A stretch of 64,000 bases of DNA from Phoronis australis (taxonomy: Eukaryota; Animalia; Phoronida). Every line of letters begins with the position of its first letter. Within the stretch, counting starts at the first letter, position 1. A program made the position numbers and the translations under genes. The stretch covers positions 699,633-763,632 of the forward strand of contig NMRA01000099.1 in the NCBI GenBank assembly GCA_002633005.1, written 5' to 3'. The notes beneath the pieces are model-generated. The model did not search any database. It saw only the letters and a list, made by a program, of their open reading frames with translations, and was not told the DNA's origin. Positions 38,012 to 50,000 of the stretch are shown one piece after another.

Positions 38012-41000
38012 CTAAAAAGACCGATTTGAGTATATCAACCTTGAATTTCATTTGACGCTGAACAACAATCTTAAGCTCTGTATCAATAATAGCAACAAAG
38101 GATTAAATGAAATTATTTTTAAAAAATAGGACATCCAACGTACTTGTATCTACATGTGTTTACATATTATAATTTTCAAGAAAATGACCCATCCATGAAT
38201 CATAATCGTGCCAGTCACTGCAACATTCCTAAACTCCATCCAACAATATTTTAATTGGGATCAGTGAAGTTATATGTCCAGTAAGCTTATTTTTAGGTAT
38301 TCATGGGAGCACTCAATCACAGCTCAGGTATCTCAGTTGCCAGATTACTGCATGTTTTCCCAAGGTTTCAGCAGAGTAAACCAAATGTTGATAGTTTAGT
38401 CCACAATGCAATTATTGCCAAGCCACATCCAACGCAGAAAGAGGTGACGATGACTTATCTGTACCTAAACATTTGTTTATTCGCCTTTTGGTAGGGGTCA
38501 CCACTAACTGATCAATAGGCTCGTTCAAAGCTTCCCTCATTTCGTCAGTGTCGGCACATTCCAATGGCAAGTAACCTTCCTTCGTTTTAAGAGTAAGCAG
38601 TTGGGGACCTAAACGATACAAGTACAAATTAACAAGAGAGTTGTTATAGTTGTGCAGGACCTTATTGACTAGTGTGGGCATTTAGACAAATATCTACAGA
38701 ACTATTTAAAGATGTATTTGCATGCTCATAACTATGCTAATGTATAGCAGGAACTAAATGACAATGTAACTTTAAAGATGTATTTGCATGCTCATAACTA
38801 TGCTAATGTATAGCAGGAACTAAATGACAATTTATGCTTTTTGAACAACATCTACGCTAATCAAAGTGCAGTTGTATTCATTGACGACTTGTAAATGTGA
38901 AAACAAAAACTTCTGCAAATACATGACCTTTGCACTATTGACGTATCTTGGGGGGGCTCACATAGCCCGCAAAATGCAGTGTTGTTCCCCAACACCACAT
39001 CACAATACTTACTGGACACAACTCGGTGATTTACGACCGATCATTTTCGACACAAAACTCGTTCTTAAAAACATTTGGCAATTTTCAACGCACTTCATAT
39101 TCACATCTTCGCTGTATCTTGTGTTTCTAACTAAGCTAGCCAAGCAATCACAGAGATACGGAGTTAGCGAGCAAGTTCCACTTTAAAGCAAATATTATTT
39201 ACAATACGGTTCATAAAGAATGCAGCAACATCATTTAAACCACCTACCTCCAGCTCTAATCAGGAGTTTAGCTACTTCAACATGTCCGTTGATGACCGCA
39301 TCGTGCAGTGGAGTGATGCCATCTGGTGAAGCGATTGCCAGATTAAGGGACATATTTGTCTTCTTATCTGCCGGAAAAAAACAGCCATCAACAATTTGAG
39401 TGACGGGGGACATGTGACAAGGGGATCGAGTGGCACAAAAAGATATAGCGAATCAAATACACTGTAGATGTCGCATTTATGTCCATCTGGCTTCATCATT
39501 TTTGCGTGAATTTTTGCATATATGGTAAGGGGGGGACGGCAGTTGATACAAAAATTTTTGGGTGGTTGTCTTTTGAAAAGAATTAAACTTATGGGTGGTC
39601 TTTCATGGAAGAAGTATGTCATTAACAGTGGGTAGTATTTTTTGTCCTGTAAATGTTGACAGGAAGGTATTTTCAGACAAACACTGACTTCAATTCCGCT
39701 TACCAAAAATTCATTGACAGATACCCGAAAATAACCAAAAACTACAGAACAAATCCTCATTGCTAGTGTACAGAGTGCTACATGTACACTATGCCATTAC
39801 TCAACTCACAGGAAGTTGATTACAAGCACATGCTGTACAGTCATATTAGAATGAAAATTACTGCAAAACTAAACTGGTGTTAACATATTTAAGAAAATTG
39901 ATAAATTTTTAAATGCAAAATATGAGAAGTCAGATAGACGAGTTCCAATATTCACTTGGCATAGCAGCTTAAAAGGGTTTAAGAAAACATTTTCAGATTC
40001 TTAGATTCTCGAAATTGAAAAAATCTTATTGGAATTACAGAGACGCATGGTGGACAGAGACACCTGGTAGCTAACTAAAGTATTGCTCACAGATGTCTCT
40101 GAAAAGCAAGTTTGTGATAACTGACATGAGTTGTGATCTCACATGGAATTTTTCTGCACCCACAAAAACTTTTGTGGTCGAATATAGTCAGCATCTCATC
40201 TGTACCTGCGTGTGGCTGTCGATCATTTCTTGTTCGTCAATTATCTCAAGAACTGCTTGGCGGATCATGATGAAATTTGGTACAGAGATAATCGGCGTGG
40301 ATGTGCCAGCACTTGTTCATTTTCGGAAGTATTTGGTAACCGTGGTACCCCATTTTGAGCATTTTAGTTTTCGACAAACGTTGATTATCTCAAAAATAGT
40401 TGACGGAGGATCATGATGAAACTCGATACCAAGGTTACATGGCAAGAATGTGGCCGCACCAGTCAATTTTTGGACGGATTCAAGTACTATGGCAGCCCCT
40501 GTTAATTTTCGACTGCTCAAGTCATTGCCTGTTCATAGATTATCTTGAAACTGCTTAAAGGATCATGATGACATCTGGCATAGAGATAAATGACAGGTAT
40601 GCGCCGACACCGGTCGATTTTTGGACAGATTTGACTGCTGTAGCATCCTCTGTGGGTCATTTTAGTTTTTGACAAGACAGGTTGATTATCTGAAAAAGCA
40701 CTTGGCACAACTGGATGAAATTTGGCACAAAGATATATGGCAGGAATGGATGTGCTGACAGAAGCTGATTATTGTTCTGATTCGACCACCCTCTTGGCCG
40801 CTTTAGTTTTTGGCAAGATTTGACAAGACAGAGTTCTTGTCTGACGATCATCTAGTAAGCACTTAACAGGTCATCCTAAAGGCAACTTGTTTATAAGTGT
40901 TGCATTTTATATTTCAATCTAATTAAAAATCATGGGTCAAGGGTTGGAGAAATAATAGAAAAATATGGGCGGTGGATACAAAATGAAAAAGCCTTCCCCT

Positions 41001-44000
41001 CCCATAGATTTTTTTCTGGAACAGCCCTAAGCACTTCTAGGCCCAAATAGCAATTCATTGTTTCTGCTGATGTATTAAACGCGCTATTTTTTACTATTAT
41101 TCTTCACTTGTCATTTAATTGAATTCACGTCGATGACTACCATGTTGTAACATACAAGTTATGTTCCACTCACATATTTTACTCCTCCTCGATTTATAGA
41201 GAGACATCATCACACAAAACACCATGGCCCTAATACATGCAAACATGGTATTCGTTGCCTGCATAAATGCACATCTTTCAAAAATGTTTTAGTGTAAATT
41301 ACTAAGACAAAGTAATCAAGAAATTAACAATTTTTGATACATACTAAAATTCAGCAACGCATTCATTTTAGTAACAACAGATAGGTTATCAATAATGGTT
41401 AACCAAACACAGGTAAAAGTGGACACAGGCAAAAGAATTTCTTCATGACTAAAGTGGACACAGGCAAAAGAATTTCTTCACGACTAAAGAGGTGAGAACA
41501 ACTGCACGACTGAGTTGCCTTATGCTAAAACAACTATAATGAACAACTGAACATTTTGTAGAAAATGGGAAATGATTTGAAAGAATAACAAACAACAAAC
41601 AAGTTTGAGCCAGCAAAAACCACTATTGAAGTGCAATCAGAAAAAAATACATTCTTAGATATTCGTCGTTATTACATTTACAGCATAAAGAGTGCAAACA
41701 CTTCATTTTTACTTAATACTACAATTAACCATGCTCTGCCGCCACAACCATAATTGGCTCTTCCAAAGCAACTATATCGCGTTCGCATTCTTTACTTGAA
41801 TTGGAAGCAGTTGCAATACAACGCCTGCAACTCCTCTGACAGCAATATCAGTATTTCTTATAATTTCAAGGGAACTTACCTGCAGAGGAGAATTCCGTGC
41901 AATCTTTAAATATTTTTCAGAGGGTAATGAGATCTATCTATATTCAGCCCTAATATCGAGGCATTGAGAGCTCTGACAATTCTTATTTCACTTAGTGAAT
42001 GCTATCTGCAGTACTTAACCTGTCCATAGGGGTTTAACCTACTGACTAAATGAAAACAACTTACCAACAAGGCAAATTGACAATAAAAATCCAGACTCTA
42101 CTCTACTCACCAACTGTAAAGTAAGAAGTAATGGTTTTCTTTGGTTTGTAATTGAGCAGGACCTGAACACACTCTAGGTGGCCATGGTTACAAGCCTCGT
42201 GTAACGGGGACCAGCCGGCATTATCAACAGCGTTCACATTTATACCTAAAATAAAGACACAGACTAACACATTATGAAAGAGGGACTTCATGAAACGATT
42301 GCAGTCTAGTCCAGAGTAAAACAGTGCAGCTTTTAGTACTTTTGAATATTACTTCAATCTGTCTAAGGTTACATAGTAGCAAGACAAAAAACTGACTGAT
42401 CAACCATTTCTCAGAAGTAAACCAAATTTCAACAATTTTTTCTACTGTGATTTATAACCTTAAAGTGCTTAAAATCAAATTTCATATCAAAAAACAAAAA
42501 AATCAACTCCATCAGTCAATCATCTGCCAAATTAGAACACCCACAAACACTATTTGACGATATGTTAATTAGCTGATCGAATTTCGGTCATTTACTGATT
42601 GACACATACTACATAAAATTGGGAAAATCGACAGAGAACTAGTCATAATCCATTATTTTGTTTCACGTGAAAAGTTGTCAGATATTGCTGCTCGTTTTCC
42701 CGTGGTTTATGGTATAACAAGGAATGGCGAGGCGTTGCATTTGTGGTGGTTGTGACAACACTTTCCCGAGGGACATCGGAAAAGCAGGGATATGGCACAA
42801 GTTTGTACACGAAACTCGCATGTTGGTGAACATGACACACTGGTGCAGGCTACATTCAACATGTCATGCTCATGTCCGTGAACCTTTCAATTGGAGTCTA
42901 CTTTCTTCTATTTTCTCGTTTTTGTGATATTGAATGCATGGCTGTGATATGCAGTGCTTTTAAGGAAGGTTTAATGATGCAGACATTGTAGTCACGTGTC
43001 TTAAAGGTAAATGATGGTTTTAAGCATTTCCTCCACTATGACAAAAATTATGAACAATCTACTTTAATCCTAAAATGTACCTCATGTATTAAAATACTAA
43101 GATAGAAATTACAATCATTCCCACAATAGATTATTCAGGGCACTGGCAAAGTATTAGTGTCAAATTGTGGTCAGGTTTGACAGGATTGACAAAACTTTCC
43201 ACGATTAGGCCACTTCATGTTTAGGCCTGCAGCAGGGACTAAATGTCCTGTAAATTGTTTTATTACTCATTAAAATACCAGGCAATGCCATCTTTGAGAT
43301 GGTTTTGCTTTATTTTTTTAATACAGTTGGTGAGTGCTCTAATAATACAATATAAAACCACGGACTTAACGGATTGCTTTAATAAGAAGATTCACCATTG
43401 ATAGTTAACTGCATTCATAGCAGCTTAAAGTTTGCGATTTTGACTTTAATCAACAGAAGTTACACCACCATTTATCAACAGCATTGCTAAAACAAAAACA
43501 CAACAAAACAACACAAGCTGAAATAGTAGGGATAACACCAAAGGAGTCAATGGGGAGAGGAAGGAGTCTCTATCAAGATTCCCCAACACGCAAGCACGCT
43601 CTCGCACGTATACACGGCGACCATTACCTTGCACAGACAGTAACTCTTTGAGCTGATGGGGCCGGTTCTTTATGCAAGCCTGGTGTAGAAGATTTTCACC
43701 TGAAATAAGGAAACAACAAAATAATAGCTGTGAAAACTTTCTACTTTGAGGTGGCCAAAAGTTCATTATTTGGTGAAAGTTGGAGGTTGTACCCAATTTT
43801 TAGAAAATATTTAATTTTGGTATGTTTCAAATTCAAGAACCACGATTAATGACAAGTGATTACTCACCTTGATGTAACAAACTATTGGTACACATGAAAT
43901 TATCATACTGATGTTTATTTTTGACAATTCTAAGAACCGCAAAGCCTATCTTACATATACACACATACACATGAATGTCAAAATCATCCAAAATGTCTCA

Positions 44001-47000
44001 ATCTTCAGAATCAAGAAAATACTATTTCCACTTGAATGTGGGCAGGTCACTCTACAGCTGCTGCTGGTAGTCAGTTCAAAAGCTAAAAACAGCTCTGCAA
44101 TATCAATAATAAGTAGCAGAATTTTACTTAATGTAGTGACCTGCGTATAAAGCAGAAACACTTAAATGGATTGGAACACTACAACTCAAGTGAAAGTGTC
44201 CAAGCTGTTCTCCTGAGGGTACACACCAGGTTAATGAATAAATTACAAAGCTCCACTGCTAGTAAATGAATACTACTAGTCATTAACTATTTAAATGACG
44301 CATTGATTTCTCATACTAGTATTACCAGATGTGGACTGAACAGAACTAGTTCTGTTTTTGGAGATAAGAATCTCCTGTGTCATAAGTAATATAAAGTAGA
44401 CAGTTTTGCCAAACAGAGTGGTAAGCACGGATCACGTAATCCAAATCTAAAACAACCGTGAACAGCATAAAACCACACCTTTTGTGTTCACCTTCATGAC
44501 GCGTTCAATAGTAGGTTTGCTTGGACTGCACAACGTGACTTTAGTGAGTGGACTCGGCCGACTACCGGAGGAGTTGAACTTCCTGACCATCAAGGGAGAA
44601 CTGCGGGGGGTGAAAACAGATGGCAGCACTCTGGAATCACTGAATGCATTGAGAAGATCTACAACTAAGTACAGCTTACAGCAAGGCTTGGAATGACCAA
44701 TAACAAAAAAGAGGAAAATTTTCCAGGTGATGTATCGTTCCGCAAATAAATAAGCTTGTGTGATAGAAATATTTTTTGTGCTGTATAATTTAACTGAAAT
44801 AAACGTTTTTGCATGAATAAAGTAAAAATACTGATAAAAAAGAAATGAAAAAAAAGGAAACAGGAAATCAAATAAGAAATTGAAGCCAAAAAATAGGCAA
44901 TCCTCTTAAAAGAGAAAATTTCCAAGCCCTGGTACAGGTCCTGCTAGTACTATTTCTACAGTTAACAATTGCTAACAGTCATACTGGTACATGCCCCAGC
45001 ACCAGTACAGTTCTGTGGCTGATAGCTGTACCTAGCACCAGTACAGTTCTGTTGCTGATAGCTGTATTAGAAGCAGAAACAGCAGCAATATTGAATTCTA
45101 ATTATGATTTTGACTTAATTTCATATTATTGTCTGAATCAAAATTTGGCATTTGTTATGGAAGGCGGTTTACAACCATTTTAAAACCAATTTGATTTATA
45201 TAACTCTCACACTAACAGTAAGCTTTGATTCAGCCAATAACGTTACATAAAAACAAGTTGCTGTCATCAACAGAAGGTTGAGGTCTTATAACCATTGAGA
45301 AAAAAAGTTAGAGCTAAATTGTTAACTTCACAAAATTAAGATAGGGCTAGTCCTGCTAGGAGGTGGGACAAATGTTACAGTGATTATCAAAATATAACGT
45401 TTCAATTTATGATTTAGCAATACTGAACACATATGCCTACACCCTCCACAATATCTCTCCCTTTAGATAAATGTGGAGTTTTTAAACTGAACCTAAGTAG
45501 GCAAGGTCAGGTCCTGCGTTTCACAACAAAAACACTTACCTCTCTGATGTTGTCCCTTTTATCTTTTGATGACCAGCGCCATCTAGAGGAGGTAGGAGGT
45601 AAAAGTAATTTTCAACCTGAAATAAATACGAAGAAAAAATATTGATACTGAAGATACACTACACTTCAGGCCAGTAATAACTCCATCTACTGTTTGGCCA
45701 CGGAACCAGTCTTTTTGCAATGAATAGAAAACATGTAACACACAACTCTTCAGCGTTGTGAGAACACAAAAGTGTCATTCGCTTCACCCAAATTCTGGTG
45801 TAAAAGACAAGCCAAGTTGACGGAGATGAAACCCAATTTCATTCAGTTCCAGACAGTTTGAGATTTTGGGGATTTTTTGTGAAGTGTTTGAATATCTCAT
45901 CGTATAATAGTGGAAATTATAATGAAAAGCTGGAAATATCCAACTGTATTAAATCAATACAAGAATGCCCAAAACTGTCTACCAGCAACCATGCTGCCAT
46001 CTAGTGACAAACCATATTTCATTGTGTTGCCGCTTTATCAGAAAATGGACACTGGCTGCCAAATTGCTTTTGTTTTGGGTTATAAATTGATGACCCAGGA
46101 ACGACCCCGTCCTCTTACTCTTTCGTTACTCTTTCGCAGAGGCAATGTTTTCACATCGTAAATTTGTCAAAGGCTGGCGTATTTCCTGCTTACAGCTTCA
46201 CACAAGGCAACAGTGGCAAAGTGAAGTCTTTTAGCAGCTTTCATTAATGAGTGAAAAACTGATACCAGTAATGCATTTTAGTGTTTTGTCACCATTCTGG
46301 ATCACATGAAAGAAATGAAAAATAGCTCCAATGGCAGTTACTATTCCTAAGAATTATCAAACTATTAATTAAACAGTCAAGTACTCACAATCTTCCTCAG
46401 AGTAACTGGCTCTGCCCTGTCACAAGTCTGTGGCAGAAGTGAGGTATCATAAGAGTCCAGCAGTAGATCACATACTTTAAGTCTCAGCCATGGTGGATTG
46501 ATCGTCTTCAGGACATTGTCTAGTAGGACACTATCACTGGCGCAGTTGGCTGAAAACAAAGCAAACACAGAGGTCTTAAAAACAAATTCATTTCCATTTC
46601 TTGTGCTTATTTTCATTTAGAACACCACAAAAATTTCTTCATTGGACACTTAATGAACACTATCATAGAACTGTAGATCCGTGAACATACAGCTGTCAAT
46701 CATGTCTGATACACACCTGCCACTTTGTGCATGAGTTCCCTTGAGAACGTTAGCGCCTTCTCACCCTCTCCCACATGTTTAGAACTCGAGCTACCATCCT
46801 TTGCGTCTACACACTGGCAACACTCTGCTACCATGGCAACCAGCTTTAACAATGCCTGAAGACTCTCAGCCTAGAAATAGGAAATAGTCTATCCAACTGT
46901 AATTCCAAAATAATTCTTTGTCAATTTCTTCTAAAAGATTGCAGGGACTGAATACCAAAGCTGCACAAGACATGCTTAAACAAGTAAGCACCAGACTGAG

Positions 47001-50000
47001 ACAAGCAATACTAGACAACTCTTTGAACAGTACTTGTTAGGGAAGTAAAACCTAGCTCCCATTCAGTAACGCTAGGACCTCGCTAAAACGCAAGACTTCG
47101 CAAGATTACGCGAGATATTGTTGTGTATTTTAAATAAGTGCACGTGACTTTGGCTAGATTTTAGCTAGGTCCTAGCATAGGTCCTAGCGTTAGTGGACGC
47201 ACGCCCGTTGTATATGGCCATGACCTTGACCTTATGTTTAGATACAAGGAGTTGCATTCTGGATTGTTATGAGTGACCAAAATATGCATTAATTCAAATT
47301 ATGAAACTCATAATATTTGTTGTATTCTTTTTACTATTATTTCTATTGTTTAAACATGTTTCCATGGAATGGTCTTAGCCAACCAATATTCTTTTAAAGC
47401 TTCATTTTGCCCAGTGGAGCTGGCTAAGAAATGAAAATTGAATTGGGCCTTTTATTTTCAAGATTCCATTCCTGGTACCAACAAGAACATTGAAGTGACT
47501 CAAGAAAACGTCTTGAAGTTTATTGAGGTTGGCCAACCATCAAATTTACGAATTCCAATGGCGCATGTAAACATTCCCTGTGACTTGAGTTGGTAACGGC
47601 AATACAATCCTATCACAGTAAGGAATATTACGAAACCAATCTCAGAGTACAAGGTCTAACTTGATGACAGTTTCAGCCTTGACAGTACCTAGCAACATTT
47701 TGGTGACAGAAAATACACAACAGACAGGCCTTATATTCAAAGAAATGGTGTGGCTTGTATCCAAAGAAACAGTGTGGCCTTGTGTATAATGTTTTTACAT
47801 GCTCCCAAAACATGAATTACTTTGGCTACAAGGCCATGACCTTGTAAACCAGCTTCACAGTAACTGTGACACGTTACAACAAAAGTGTTCAATACTGCTT
47901 CTAAAACAAGTCCGTCTTTTTGAACCACCCTGTACTACTACACCTGTTCTGGGCACTCCTCAACGTCACTGATTTTTGTACCCAGGAAATCAAGCAGTTC
48001 CCTGCACTGTGACGTCACTACACGGCTGCTTGGCAGTATGATACGGGATATCAGGTTCTGCTTAACAGGTCTATCATGGCTGGTGTAGCTGGAACCCAAG
48101 ACAGGTAATGCCTTAATTCAACTCTCCTCCTTCTCAGAGGTAGAAAACGTATTGACATGTTTGCCATTAGTTTTTGAAAGTTTTTTTAACTGACACTAGG
48201 TGGGGTTATGACAGCTTTATTATGCATCTACAAATATTCTTTCATACAAAACATTAGATTTTATGAGGTTCTAAACACACAAAAACACATTACTGTAAAG
48301 TACTAGTTACTGCCTAATCCACACACACGCACGCACGACGCACGCACACACGATGCACGCACACACTGCCTAGTATGTGTCAATAGATAATAACGCTACA
48401 CTAGGAAAGTGTTCAATATTGTCAGGCAGTGCAGATACTTAATTATTAACAATGGACGTTTGCAAATTCCGTCGCCATCTAGGTTGGATAATAACAATAA
48501 GAATACAAACCATGAGGCATAGTGAACAAAGTCACATTCCAGTATATCCACAACAATCTCCAACAACAGCGCTAGGTTGGTCTGCAGTCTATCCGCCAAA
48601 TACTCAGGACAATCTTTAATCAACTTGGCTGGGGTGCTGAAGAGAATGGGTAGCAGATGTTACTATTTGATCAAAACAAAAACATTCAGCGCACAGACTT
48701 GTTTATACTAGGTTAATGTAAATGAATTCCTCTCAGTCCAATTTTATGGTGATAAAGTAAAATTTTAAACAAATCTTACACAGGAACTAGTTGCTCGTAG
48801 CAGAGTCATTATGTCCAGTGTCCACCTCTCGCACACTTTAGCCTGACTACAAATGGCCACTAGGTGGAGCTTCACTCATACGCAGTAAGTGATATCTCAA
48901 ATTGCCCTTGCATGTTGACCAGGGTTTTCTATCCGTTTGCACAATGTTCCACCTAGTGGTCTAATCACCAGCAACCAAGCTGAAGTAGACAAGCTAGAGG
49001 TGGACAAAACGCGGTTAACATGACTGATCGGTTCCAGTATCTGGTTCTTCTTACTAATCTCCCACAACCAGATGATTGAAAATAGCCAGGCTCATAGAAC
49101 TAGAAATGATCATTATGCAGGTTAAAAAATCAAAATTCATTTCCAAAGGAATTATTAAGAGGATTTTAAAGATGACTCAATATTCATAGTAAACATACAT
49201 ACGCCAAGACAAGAACACCATTTACCAATTCTGTAAAGCACGTGCCACTGAGTCTAAAATAATCATTAATTTGTAAATACTTCAGAAATTGGCACACTCA
49301 TCAAGCCGCTTGCTTTCGCTGACACAGAATGACCAGATGGAGACTTTGAACTTTGAACTCCTTCGGACGGGGGCATTAATCCAACCCATGGCTGGTATGT
49401 CTGAGTTGATTGGAGCAATGCAGGTCAGGTGACATGCTCAAGGACACAACCACATGACTGCACTAGACACAGACTGAACCCATGACCTTCAGTTGAGAGT
49501 TCACCACAGTTATCAGTGGCTGCACTTGATGCATGGCTGGTATGTCTGAGTTGATTGGAGCAATGCAGGTCAGGTGACTTGCTCAAGGACACAACCACAT
49601 GCCTGCACCAGACACAGACTGAACCAATGACCTTCAGTTGGGAGTTCACCACAGTTATCAGTGGCTGCACTTGATGCAGTCTCCCGTAGAACGCCGGGTC
49701 AGTCGGTTCAAGCCTAAACAACATTCCATTGGTTACTGATCAGATAACTATGGCTCACAAACCAGTCATATGTCTTAACAGGTTGATACGGGTGACTGAA
49801 TCAAGTGGAGCCATCGAGTCACAACATTGGTAATCAAATAAAATATCACTGAATGTCAAACTGTAGTTGGTTACTACCTGATCAAGTATTTTATGAATGT
49901 CCATGGGTCCCCATTCCCACCCAGAGAGAAGGTTTGCATGTAGAGGTCCTGGATGGCTGGAGTGAATGGAGGATGTAGTTGTAGAACTGTTCTTAGCACC

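Noticed and set aside
38012-38051. ATG-initiated standalone ORF 37635-38051
   Set aside because: A phase-compatible acceptor at 38011/38012 makes it the last SLF1 exon; this upstream part is intronic.
44631-44658. Upstream acceptor at 44658 for SLF1 exon 17
   Set aside because: It needs phase 1, but the previous exon ends in phase 2; the acceptor at 44630 fits.
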